DNA of 64,000 bases from Zygnema circumcarinatum SAG 698-1b (Eukaryota; Plantae; Zygnematophyceae). Below the pieces are notes generated by a model. That model was not told where the DNA came from. It saw nothing but the letters and a program-made list of their open reading frames with translations, and ran no database searches. The stretch is from assembly GCA_037447605.1 (NCBI GenBank), contig CM074813.1, positions 2,604,001-2,668,000 on the forward strand. Direction: 5' to 3'. Each line of letters begins with the position of its first letter. Position 1 is the stretch's first letter. Positions 39,093 to 50,855 of the stretch are shown here, piece after piece. The position numbers and the translations under genes were made by a program.

Positions 39093-41306
39093 ATGGCTTC
39101 TCCCCGGAGGTCTCTGCGGCACGCGGCAGCGAGCACTGCTCCGTCGCGGTCCCCTCCGCGCACCCACGTGGAAGCGTTGCAGGGAACGGAACGCGGAACT
39201 GGAACTGGAACTGGGACTGAGACTGCAACCACGAACTGCGACACAGAGCGAGAGGGGCTCGAGCTTCCGGCGGCGCTGCAGGCGGAGGATCCGCTGAATG
39301 CCAGACCCCGCGGAAAGTTGAAAGTTCGGAGAAAAACTATGGCTTCGAAAAATAGCGGAGAAATTGCAAAAAGTACGGATAACTCAAAGAAAAAGGAAGG
39401 GTTAAGAAAATTAGGCAATTTGAAAGATGGGATTAACTGTGAAGGTGCCGAGGAGGTGGGGTCGGCACCTGGTACTGTTATGGGGAGGAAGAGAGAGAGA
39501 GAGGAAGGGGAGGGGAGGGGGGAGGGAGACGAGGGGAGGGAGGGGAGGGAGAGCGCCGCAGGTGCTGCTGCTGGGGGAGAGGATGGGGTGGAGGAGGGGA
39601 AGAAGAAGAGGGAGGAAGGGAGGGCGGAGGGTAATGGGGAGAGGAGGGACGGGGAGGGAAGGGGGCAGGTGGGGGCAGAGGAGGAGAGAGAGGAGGAGGA
39701 GAGAGTAGAAGGTGGGCTTGTGTCGCATGCGAGGGAGTTAAGTAAATTTGAGAAGAGAATAAGCGCAGCCATGGCAGCCATGGCGGCCCTGCAGAGCGGC
39801 GCGGTGAAGGAGGTGGAGGAGGAGGCCATGGCTGCCTTGGCGCAGGCAACGGCGGAGGAGGAGAGGGCCAGGGAGTCAGTCGGCAAAGTGAAGCAGGTGA
39901 GAGGGGGAAAGGAGGAGAGGAGAGAAGGAGAGTAACGTAGAGAGAGAGAGAGAGAGAAAGAGAGTAGAATGAGGAAGAGAGAGATAAAGGTCAACGGATC
40001 CAGTCTGTTCTATTTGGGAGAATATTTACCATTCGAGAAAGAAGAGAGAAGGACGAGGCTGGGAAACTTGAGTAGGAGGAAACCAGAGAGACAGAGAGAG
40101 AGTGGGAGGGAGAGAGGGAAACGGGCCGTGCAGCCATAGACAATCCCATCGATCACTCTCGCGATGTTTCTATAAGAAACGGGCTCCTCCGTTGCTTTAT
40201 ACGCTCCCCCACAGACACATTGCGAACCCTAGAATGGGCAAGTACTACACTACACATATGAGTCCTTTGGCCATAAACTGAAGCTCAAAATTATCTTTTA
40301 AATAAATTACCGTTGTTGTGCTCTGTACAGGCGGAAGATGCAGTGAGGCGAGCGGAGGAGGCTGCGAAAAAGGCCAAAAATGCGCAGCGTCTCCTGGAGG
40401 AGGTGGCAAGAACAGGGCAGGAGAGGGCCAGGTTGGCACGTGCAGCAGCTGTGGCAGCCAATGAGAGGCTGACAGCTGTCCAGCAGGAGCAGCAGGCAGA
40501 GAGAGAGGCGCAGCTCGGGCGGCTTCTTACTCAGAGGAGCAGTGTGCTCGCGGCACATCAGGAGCTGCAGGTGCGGCCCCCCTGGACGGGTTCCTGGCAG
40601 ACGAGGGAGAGGGAGTGTGCGAGAGGGGAGAAGGGAGTGCGGGAAGGGGGGAGGGGAGAGAGGGAGGACTAGAGGGACGATAAGGAAACCGACAGGGATA
40701 GAGGGAAAATGAGAGGGAGAGAGAGAGATTCCCTTTCCCTCTACTCCTCTACTTAGGTCTTTCTCTCCCCCTGCCTTGGAATACCTCCCATTAGTCTTTA
40801 TCCTCTCCATGTCCCATCTCAAACTCTCTCGTTTTGTCTGCTTCTGTCTATATCCCCGTCCTTGTCCTTTCTCCCCCTAATGGTCTCGATTCCTCTCGTT
40901 CACTTTTGTGATCCTTTACGGCGCAATCTTTCAGCTTTTTGCCTCTCCTCTCTCCCTCACCCTCCCCCTCCCGTCTCTCTCTCGCTCCCCCATTCTCAGT
41001 TGCACTCCCTCCCTCCCTTCCTCCCTCCCTCCCTCCCTCTCTTGGCTATAAGCAGACATGCAACTAACGACTTCCCCTCTTGAAGGGCTGCAGGAAGCCA
41101 CGAACTGTGTCGCCTCTGCCGGTCAGTTCGAGTCAACGGAACTGGGGGGTGCGCTGGGGAACATGGAAACGTCCGTAAAGAAGCTCAACAGTTGCTGGCA
41201 ACGGTACAACAGGGAGTTCCGTAAATTTGAAACCACAGTTGCGAGCATAACTTCAACAAGAGACAGAACGCGGAGAAGCAGCGGCAGCACGCAGGGCATA
41301 AATTGA
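39093..41306 (+). CDS. Uncharacterised coiled-coil protein (exons 39093-39896, 40331-40570, 41094-41306)
   Basis: Three exons join with phase-0 GT-AG junctions; CTAAC branch site about 25 nt before 41093; Ala/Glu/Arg-rich helical C-half. No family recognised; start codon inferred. Confidence 0.7.
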
Positions 41307-41805
41307 CCCAAAATGGAACTTTAATTGTTAATTAAGCATACTAAAGAGAAAACATACTAAAGCACTTCTGACAATTTGGAGCCTCGCGTGATATTTTTAC
41401 ATTTTTCAAAAATAAATCTTTAGAGATATTCACATCAAAGTAGACGCCGAGACATGCATCATCTAATCACGTGATGGTGCGAATTTTTGGAAGAAAAAAA
41501 ATTTTTCTTTGTACACCGGTTAGACATGGATAAAACCGAAGTGACTGTATTCTCGAATACGGGAGACGAGCATAGAAAATAATGTCTGTTTTACGGACTA
41601 CAGTACAACTGTGAGATTATCAGTCTATCCAAGTCTTAATCTCCCGCCAAAATGTTTGAATGCTAATTTCTCGACCCGCTAAACCCAAAGCGCCCTCCTT
41701 TCAACATCACAAGGCGTCTTCCAAAGAAATATTTTTTATTTCGAATTGAACAAAGACAGAAACCGCTTTGACTTGGTTGAACTTTAAAATGGCAGATCTA
41801 ATACT

Positions 41806-44199
41806 TTACACATGGACCCCTCCTCGTTCCCTCCCCATTATGAGCCAATCCTCCCCCAGCACCTCCATGCTCCCCATCCTTCTCCCGCTCTCCATGCTCG
41901 AAACGAGGCTCCTTCCGGAAACTCTTCCGAGCCGATTCCTAAGAAGCTGAATCAAAGTCTTGGCCTCTCCCCTCCCTCTCACCGACCCCTCCGAGAGGCT
42001 CACAAGAGGGGGCATCACCCCCTCTTTAAGCATCAAATCCGGGGCGGAACTGACATGGAGCGCGAGCCCCAACAGGGCGGAAACCGCATCCTCTTTAGCT
42101 CGCAAGGGCCCTCCCTCTAAAACCTCCACAAGGACAGGGATTCCTGAACCCTTGACTATGGCCAGTCTCCCGCTCGCCGTCCTCGCAAGATTCGCCAAAA
42201 CGGCGACCGCTTTCTCCTCGAGTTCGGGGTCCGTCGCGAGTCCCAAAAGGCGCGGAACTGCCCCCAAATTGACTATGTCTTTGGCGCAGCCCGGATGCAG
42301 GGAGAGGCTGAAAAGGGCCAAAGAGGCGTCCTTTTTCGCCCTCACCGACTCCGATTTCAGAATTTTTACGAGTGGTTTCACCGCCCCCGCGATCCACACA
42401 AGCAGCCGCAATTCCGCATTTTGGGAGAGCGTGAAGAGGGCCGCTGCGGCGTTTTCCATGGCGACAAAATTTCCTCCAGACCCGCTCTGATTCAAGACCT
42501 CCACCAATGCGTCGATGCCACCTGTCGCCACCACCTCCTCCTGATACCTCGGAACTCTCGAGACGTTCAGAATTACCGTCACGGCATCTTCCACGGCTCG
42601 AATGTCGGCGGCCTCTAATAACGCGACAAGTGGCGGAATCCCATTGGCCGCTACAAGCCGAGCCTTATTTTCTGCGCTGTTTTTAATCAACCCTCGAATT
42701 TTCCAAACTGCCAATTTCCGCTCATCACTTTTCCCGTCCCGAAGAAGCGCCACATAGTGCTCCATTCTGGAGTGCTCTCGATCCCCTCTCTCTCTCTCTC
42801 TCCCCCCCTCTCCCTCCCTCCCTTTCTCGGCCTCTCTCCCTCTAATGTCCTCCCACTCCTCTCTCTCCATCTCTCCCTTTCTCCCACTCGCCGCCTCTGT
42901 TCCTCTCGAGTTCACTCTCTCCTCTCTCTCTCTCTCTCCCTCTCTCCCTTTCTCCCCTTCTCTCCCTCTCGTGTCCTTCCTTTCCTCCCTTTCCGAGGGA
43001 ATGAACGACTCCACTGGCTCTCCCGCTACCTCTCCCTCCCTCCGTCTCTCCGCCTCTGCTCCTCTCAAGGTCACTCCCTCCTCCCTGTCCCTCCCTCCCT
43101 CTCTCCCTTTCTCCCCTTCTCTCCCTCTCGTGTCCTCCCTTTCCCCTCTCTCCGAGGGAGTGAACGACTCCACTGTCTCTCCCGCTACATGGATTTCTCC
43201 CCACCCTCTCGATCCCCTCTCCAGCAGATCACTCCCACTAGAGACGCTCTCTGAGCTGTCGCCACCTGGCAACGAAAACTGCCACGTGGAAGCCACTGAT
43301 TCGAGCTCTGAAACAGCCGGACTCATGGGATAAAACGAAAAATCCGATGAGCGTCCGCGGCTCCCCGCATTGATCCTCCTCAAAGGCGTGTTCCTCGGAG
43401 ACGCTTCCAACATTCTAGAAGCTTCCAGGCCTGTGCCCATAGCGCCATTTCCGTACCGAGGGGACAACGCAAGGCCGTTAAGCGCACCACCGCGGCGGCC
43501 CTCCTCCTCCTCGTCGTCCTCCTCGCTGCCTGCGTGAAGCAGAGCGGGCGAGGAAACGTCCAAGTCCCAAGCGGGGCTCGCCTGCAAGTTGGGGAGGGAG
43601 AAGGCGGCGGCCGACGGCTTCCCTTGAGACTGCCGATGGCGCGCGGCGAGCTGCAAAAACGCGGGGTCCCTTTTGGCGGATTTTTGCTTCTCTGCGATCG
43701 AATTTACATCCGGAATTACAATAGGGGAAGCCGCGGTCTCGGTCGGCCAGATGGGGCATCGCGGGGAGGGGGGACAGGCGGTAGGCTCGGGATGATGTCG
43801 CGCGTGCTCGACATCACTTTCCGGACACGCATCACCCACTCGCGCATCACCTCGCCTCAGCTTTCCCACCTTCTCTCTCCCCTTCTCCCTCTCCTTCTCC
43901 CTCTCCCTCCCCTCCTCCTTCCCCTTCTCCCTCTCTCTCTCCCTCTGCCTCTCCTTCTCCTTCCCCTCCTTCTCCTTCTTCAAGCGCCACCCTCCAACCC
44001 GCCACATCGCATACCACCACTGCCGGGAGCTCTCCTCCTTCCACCTGTCATTGCCAGCTGACACGCGCCCAGACGGGCCACGTGTCGGAATTACGTAATC
44101 TCTATGTGAGAGGTCCCCTGCGCCGCTCAGTTCTAACGGAGGTTCGATGCTGCCGGCCGTACAGAATGCCACTCCTGAACGGCGCCGTAACTGACGCAT
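41806..44199 (-). CDS. Intronless ARM-repeat protein resembling the ARM domain of plant U-box (PUB) ligases, no U-box seen
   Basis: 797-aa ORF; C-terminal repeats GIPPLVALL, AMENAAAALFTLS, GAVKPLVKIL...AKKDASLALFSLS, EEKAVAVLANLA, GIPVLVEVLEGG...AKEDAVSALL. True start uncertain. Confidence 0.85.
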   Translation of the reverse strand: MRQLRRRSGVAFCTAGSIEPPLELSGAGDLSHRDYVIPTRGPSGRVSAGNDRWKEESSRQWWYAMWRVGGWRLKKEKEGKEKERQREREREKGKEEGREREKEREKGREKVGKLRRGDARVGDACPESDVEHARHHPEPTACPPSPRCPIWPTETAASPIVIPDVNSIAEKQKSAKRDPAFLQLAARHRQSQGKPSAAAFSLPNLQASPAWDLDVSSPALLHAGSEEDDEEEEGRRGGALNGLALSPRYGNGAMGTGLEASRMLEASPRNTPLRRINAGSRGRSSDFSFYPMSPAVSELESVASTWQFSLPGGDSSESVSSGSDLLERGSRGWGEIHVAGETVESFTPSERGEREDTRGREGEKGREGGRDREEGVTLRGAEAERRREGEVAGEPVESFIPSEREERKDTRGREGEKGREGEREREERVNSRGTEAASGRKGEMEREEWEDIRGREAEKGREGEGGRERERGDREHSRMEHYVALLRDGKSDERKLAVWKIRGLIKNSAENKARLVAANGIPPLVALLEAADIRAVEDAVTVILNVSRVPRYQEEVVATGGIDALVEVLNQSGSGGNFVAMENAAAALFTLSQNAELRLLVWIAGAVKPLVKILKSESVRAKKDASLALFSLSLHPGCAKDIVNLGAVPRLLGLATDPELEEKAVAVLANLARTASGRLAIVKGSGIPVLVEVLEGGPLRAKEDAVSALLGLALHVSSAPDLMLKEGVMPPLVSLSEGSVRGRGEAKTLIQLLRNRLGRVSGRSLVSSMESGRRMGSMEVLGEDWLIMGRERGGVHV

Positions 44200-47100
44200 A
44201 GAGAGCCGATAAACCGAACGACTTTTGAAAAAAAAAAATTGAGCTCACTGAAACTAATAGACCTGATGGGTCCTTCAAATCACTCTCACTCGCCTCCCTC
44301 CCACTCCCCTTCTCTCCCACCTGCTTTAACTCCAACCCCAAGTCTCTCTCTCTCTCTCCCTTTCCTGCCGCTTCCAGAACCTTACCTGCATTCCAATCCT
44401 CTCCATATACTCTCCCTCTCTATTTCCCTCTCCTCCATTTTTCCCCTATCTATCTTCCTCTCCCTCTCCCTCGCCCTCTCCCTCTCCCTCCCCCTCTCCC
44501 ACTCCCTCTCCCTCTCCCTCTCCCTCTCCCTCTCCCTCCCCCCTCTCCCTCTCCCTCTCCCTCCCCCCTCTCCCTCTCTTCTCTCCTCTCTCCCTCCTCC
44601 CCCCCCCTCTCCTATCCTCTCCTCTACCACTCTCGCCCACCCTCCCTCCCTCTCCCTTCCCCCTCCGGCTCTGTCGTCCGCCTCCCGCCGCCGCTCAGTT
44701 CGGTTTCAATACGCGCCGCGGCGTCGCCGCGGCCTCGTCTTGTCCGTACGTCCGCCCAAATCCGATTCACAGGATCACCCTCGATATATCGTCAATATTC
44801 TAATATTGACACGTGGCTGCTAGAAAACGTGCCACGTGGAAGGGACGGTCCCGGTCTCCCCGAGGAGGCGCAGCGGTCGTGTCGGTGCCGCACATGCGGA
44901 AACCTTCTCTGATTGGCAAACGGTATTTGGCGGCCCAAGTGGACGGCGGGGGGAAACGTGACTAGAATGGAAGCGGACCATGTCCCTAATAGTGGCCAAA
45001 ATTGGGGTATAACAGTACAGAAATGGGGTACAAACTAAGTTAGGGTTACGGCCGACAAGGGATTGGTGTTCTCAGGTAGAACGGGCGCCGACACAGAAAC
45101 CGTATGAAACTGAAAATCCAAAGTGCAGTCCAGAATTCGACGCTCTATGCAGTGTTCTATGTGGAATATGTAGTAAATTCCAGTTTTTGTCGGTGAATCT
45201 TTGGGTATACCCCATTTGCACCCCTCGAGAAACTATTTTGGCTTAACGGTCAATAACGCTAACGACAAGGAGCTGCGAATCTGACGATGTCGTTATCGGA
45301 TGTCGGTGCTGAGTCTGCTGACCGCCGCAAGGGTCCAACTTTCAACGTCCAGTCAACTGTGGGAGAATTGACTTGTCGTCAACGGCTGTCGACGACCGAC
45401 GACCAAAAATGGCGCCACGTGGCTGTCGCTGCTAGCTTTGACGTTGTCAGTAACGATTCGGTCAAAGGACCGTTTTTGGCTAATTCGGGGAATCGGGGCG
45501 TGTTCCTCGGACGCCAGAAACGGGAAACAGAAAAATTGATTTATGAGAAGGGCAAGAATGCGCTACAGTCCAGATGACCGTACAAATGACTGAAAGGAGA
45601 CAGACGTATGGTAGAGTTTCTACGGAGCAGGATTCGCAAAGATCGTCAGGTCGTCAGATACGACAAAACCATAGTACAACGAATAGCAGGTCCCAAAGTG
45701 GGGTTCCATAGAGAGTTTCGCCGTCGTGTGCGACGCGTGCCGGTATTCCGTCAAGACGCGTTGTGCTGACGTGGTGCGCACGAGGATGGCACGACTTGTT
45801 TCGGCAACAGATTAAAAGTAATTTTTTCTTCAGTACCGGCAGCTGGTGGATGGTAGGTGGTCTGACCAGATCCACCGTAACATCTGGAAGTTGCGTCATC
45901 GTCAGAGGTAACTGACGTCAACATATCAAAACGACATGTATACGATCGTCAGTATACGTCACTTTGTCGCCTTCGGAGGGTTTTAGGCTGAGGGCGTAGG
46001 GCCGTGCCGCGGCCGGGCAGGCTTGTCGCTATGAGAAACGACAACAGGCGCCCGCTGGACACTTAGAATTCGTACAGTTTCAGGTAAAAATTTTGTACAA
46101 TTCTGTTCAGAATTTGTACATTGCTTGCGTCATCAAACAAATTACGACGCCGCTGGTAGCGTCACCTTACGCTGTTGTTTGCATCTGCGCAAACTTCTGG
46201 TGGGGACGCATTCGCATGCAAACCGACAACCGCAACTTTAACTGCAACTGGAACTGGGATTAGGACTGTCGAGAGGAACAGTGCCACCCGCACACGCGCA
46301 CAGCATGACACGAAGCAAGGCGTAGTTGGAGCGTGGCTGGCGCCTGTTCTCTGTTGGGGCGCGCGGGCGACCGAACTTCGACCAACCTTGAGCCGTCTGG
46401 TTGGCAATTTCTCATTTTTGCGATGTGACTAACGACTTGACCAGTGACTAAAGCTGCCACAGCCTTAAGTCACACACACCCGCACGTCAGGCTGTGAAAA
46501 TTTTGTGAGAGGGGGGAGAGGTAGGAAGATGGTGGACGAGGGAGAGGAAAAACAGGCGGTGAGAGGAAAAATAGAAAGGGAGGGGATAGAACGGGGAGAG
46601 GATAGAGAGTGAGAGAGGGGGTGATGCGGGGGAGGGGGAGGGGGAGGGGGAGGGGATGTTGAGCGACAAAGAGATTTAGTGCGGGAGGAGGCGCAGCAGC
46701 AGACCAGCACATGTCAAGGTTCCAACTGCCACCAACCCACTACTGAAAGCTGACGAGTAGCAGGAAGTATTGCTGAAAGGAACTTGTTCATCAAAGGCAG
46801 AACTGCAGCTAAAGAATCCCATCATTGAATGAAATGCATCAAACAACCGATCGGCTTCCATGGAACAACGAAAGAAAGGAAGAGTCACGTTACTAAGGCA
46901 CGAGATAGGGAGGGAGGGAGGGAGGGAGGGAGGAACTGGTCCTGATGGCAAAAGAGTCAAATAAGTTTCCCGCAATCGTCAGCACAGATTGAGAACATAG
47001 AAAAGTCAAAAGTTCCAGCGTTTACGGACAATGATCATAAGGAAAAAAAAAGCAATCAAGAAAGGAAGGGTCCACGCGGCGCAACAAGACTGGCAGGAAC

Positions 47101-47797
47101 GGCAAAACTGTGGTTTCTTTCAGGGGGTCCACCAAAGTATATGATCTGTCTAATATGAATACACAGGGATCAATATAAATAATTTGCCGGCAGTACAAAC
47201 AAGCACTCTTCTGTCCAGATTTCCTGAACCCACCAGAGGACCACCTGGACAAAAACCCAATTGCTCATTTTGAGCGAAAATTATTTAACATCTACAAGAA
47301 TTTAAAATCCGCCCACTAACTAATGCTGTCTTTCCCTCGTCTCCGCCGGCACCGCAATTTCTGCGAAAGTGCCCGGCTCGACTCGAGCATTTACAAGGCA
47401 TTCGGTCAACCCTACTCTCCTCTCTACTCGGAATTCAAGGACCCTTGAAAACCCCAAATCGCCTACCACCGGCTCTCTATGTCGACATCTTCTGTTGGGG
47501 AGCGGGAGACTCCCACGCGTAACAGACGACACATGTTACAGAACTGCGCCGCAGGGAACTGAACGGTAACTGAACTGCCCACATCTGTCCGGGACCAACG
47601 ATTGGTTGCCGACACCATTGGCAGCCGAGAGGCGGCGCTCCTCAAAGCGCCACGTGTCAGCATCTCCTTGATCCAGCAGCGACTGCCTTTCGCCGACCCA
47701 CGTCCCCCTTCCAGAACGACCCCTCAGCCTCCACAGAACGGCCAGACTGCCTATGCCCCACATCCACATCTCCTGCATGCTTCCCACTCCCACTCCA

Positions 47798-47843
<46 letters not shown>

Positions 47844-47892
47844 TCCCTCTCTCCCTCTCTCCTCCTTCCTCACTGACGCCCATCGTAAGAAA

Positions 47893-48348
47893 TCAGTACC
47901 CGCAGAGTCCGGCCACGCACGACCCCACGGCACATGTGCTGTTACACGCTCCGCAGTTTTTGAAGTCCGTCTGAAGGCTCACGCAGGCTCCTCCGCAGCA
48001 CTCCTCCGTCGCGTCGCATATGTTCCCGCACGTGCCGCAGTTGCTCGGGTCCGCCGCGAGGGACGTGCAGGTCGTCCCGCAGGCGGCCTGCCCCGCCAGG
48101 CACGCCCCCCCGCCAAATTCCGGAAGCAGCGCCCGCCCGCGCCTCGCCCTCCTCCCGAGACCCTCCGCCGCGCGCGTGACGCGCACCGCGTACCGCTCGA
48201 AGTCCGCGTCCTCGTCCACGGCCGCGCGCAACCGCCCGCGGCGGCCCTCCGCGGGGCCCGCAAAGGAGAGGGCGAGGGCCGCGACCAGGAGGGCGCCGGC
48301 TAGGAGGAGGGCGCTCGTTCGGCCGCGCCCCCTTTGAGGAACCGCCAT
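47893..48348 (-). CDS. STIG1: Secreted cysteine-rich STIG1-family protein, single exon
   Basis: Signal peptide (LLLAGALLVAALALSFAG) then CLAGQAACGTTCTSLAADPSNCGTCGNICDATEECCGGACVSLQTDFKNCGACNSTCAVGSCVAGLCGY*, the duplicated D-x-x-NCG-x-C STIG1 pattern; ATG at 48348 in GCCATGG context. The symbol is family-level, not an orthology claim. Confidence 0.88.
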   Translation of the reverse strand: MAVPQRGRGRTSALLLAGALLVAALALSFAGPAEGRRGRLRAAVDEDADFERYAVRVTRAAEGLGRRARRGRALLPEFGGGACLAGQAACGTTCTSLAADPSNCGTCGNICDATEECCGGACVSLQTDFKNCGACNSTCAVGSCVAGLCGY

Positions 48349-48482
48349 GGCCGCCACGCTGCTGCTCCTCCCAGACTGCTCTCCCTTCCCTCTGCCTCTC
48401 CCTCTCCCTCTCTTCCTATCCCTCTCTCTCTCACTCGACCTCTCCCTCCCTCTCCCTCTTTTCCTCTCTCCCTCTCTCTCCC

Positions 48483-48520
<38 letters not shown>

Positions 48521-49549
48521 CCTGTCCCTTCCGCTCCTTCCGCTCCGTGCGCTGCGCGCCGTCTTCAGTCCCTGCGCGGCTCTCCTGAAATGCCGCCCAG
48601 GAGGTACCCACACCGTACGGCCCCCCCCTGCCGCCGCCGCTCGTGCGGGCGCACTCGGCCCACTGGGCGGCAGCGGAGCCGCAAATGGGAACGGCCGCCA
48701 GGGGGAGGTGGCGCCGGCCGTACGACCATGGGCGGTAGTTTTGTCGTTAAGGGCTGAAACGCGACAGCTTGACAGCAGGAGGGGATCTGAAAAATTGTGA
48801 TACGACGAAATGAATTACGTGGGAACGGAGATCTGTCGGAAACGACAACAATGGGCGAGAAGGACGTTTGTCGTTTAGGGAGCATTACGACGTGGCATTT
48901 ATGGGCGGGCGTGGGGGTTCAAGGACATTTTGGGCCTAGCGGTGTACGGATGAATTTGGCGGAGCCGTATTGGACGGAATGGGACGGAAGCACCAGCTGG
49001 CAGTTTGGAATTTTGCGAATTAGAAATATTTACCCCATTTGTACCCGACATTGGAAAAAAACCGGCAATTGGGTCTCTGGAATTTGGGCCCTTATGAATT
49101 TTAGAGCGTCAGATAACGACAAAACCACAGAGGGAATTTTGGAAGCGACACCTGGCAATAACGGCCCTTCCAGATTCCGGTCAAACAATGGGGCGCTGCC
49201 ACGTGGTATTTTCAATTAATTTCCCGAAAATAGGGTCGCGACTTTTGCCCATAAAAAGACGTTTCGAAGCGCCGTAGGATCTCAGCCTACCATATACAAA
49301 CACGTGGCATCACACATGTGAGATTGTGGTGATCTCTTTGGCACGGCTGACGCGTGGCATGTGACGGCGCAAAACGACAAACATTGCGGAGATAGTTGCA
49401 ACGGTCGCAGTCCCTATTCGACAAAATTGCGACTTTTTCTTACCAAGTTTTCAAATTTCAAAGGGACTCAAAACACCAAACCCAAAACTCGAAACCAGAA
49501 ACCAGAAATCAAAACCCAAAAACCAGGTTTCAGGCTCAGGGTTCAAGGT

Positions 49550-50820
49550 TCAGGCCTCCCGCAATTTCTCCTCGATCAAATTTCTGAGCGATCGATTTTG
49601 GGCAAACGCTCCGAAAAGGTCCCCCGCAATGGCCTTTATGTCGGGGTCGGATGACCTGGACCAATCGGAGAACAGGAAGGCCACGTGGATCAATCAGAAA
49701 ACATTAAGGCCACGTGGACAATAGAGCCACGTGGACCAATCAGGGAACAACAAGGCCACGTGGACAAACCAGAGATCAGCCAAATCACGTCGACCAATCA
49801 CAGAATAGCATTGCCACGTGGACCGGTCAGACAACAGCAAGGCCACGTGGTCCAGAACTACAAGGCCACGTGGACAGAACAACATGGCCACATGGACCAA
49901 CCAGAGAACAACAAGGCCACGTGGATCAATCGAGAACAACAAGGCCACGTGGATCAATCGGAGAACAACAAGGCCACGTGGACCAATCAGAGAACGAAAA
50001 GATTCTGCTTCGAAACTGAAGGTTCCCGTTTCATACAGAACGCGCCGACGGCGTCCAGTCACATGGACTCACCTCGTTAGCGTTAACAGCGCTTTTACGG
50101 CTCCATGTGCCGCCGCCAGTTTCGCCTGTGCTTCCGAACTGCAAACGGAGCCACATAGAGAGCGGTCAGGTCTGAGCTTCTTCACAAATCAAACAAGTTT
50201 TAGCAAATTAAATACCTTCTGTGGGTATAAATCGGGTATACCAAGCCGGAGGGGATAAACCAAAACTTAATAATTCAAATTTGGAATCTAATATGTAAGT
50301 CAAAGGGGTACAAATACCTTTTCCCAGCGAGCATCCCCAGTGCCAGTAGAGCTCGAACTTTGGGCTCCGCCGCGTCCCTTTGGAGGAGGGGGGAGAGGGC
50401 CTCCACGGCGCCCTGGAAATGCGGGGATGACGCCACAACTCAACTCTCAAATTTTACAACGAAATTATTAGTACTAAGGATTGCTGAACATGGGGCGGTA
50501 CTTTTGTGGTTTATTTCAAAGTGGTTCTTTGGGGGAGGGGGCATGGCAGCTAGAAGGGAGGGGAAGAGCAGAGCATAAGCCGGAGAAGGGAGGGAGGAGG
50601 AGAGGGAGCATAGGAGGGAGTGGGAGAGGGAGAGGGAGAGGGAGAGGGAGAGGGAGAGGGAGAGGAGAGGAGAAAGTGGAGAGGGAGACAGGGAAGGAGA
50701 AGGAGAGTGCAGAGGAAGAAGAGAGGATGAAGGAGGAGGGAAAAGGGACAATGCAGCATCAAGACCAAGTGAGCAAGAGCGGGAGACGAGCGGAAGGGGA
50801 GGGAGGGAGACAGGACGAAA

Positions 50821-50855
<35 letters not shown>

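Noticed and set aside
49656-49990. CRISPR-like repeat-spacer array, or coding ORFs 49685-50080 and 49694-50062
   Set aside because: Units are head-to-tail with no unique spacers, in a eukaryotic intron with no cas genes; the ORFs are repeat translations.
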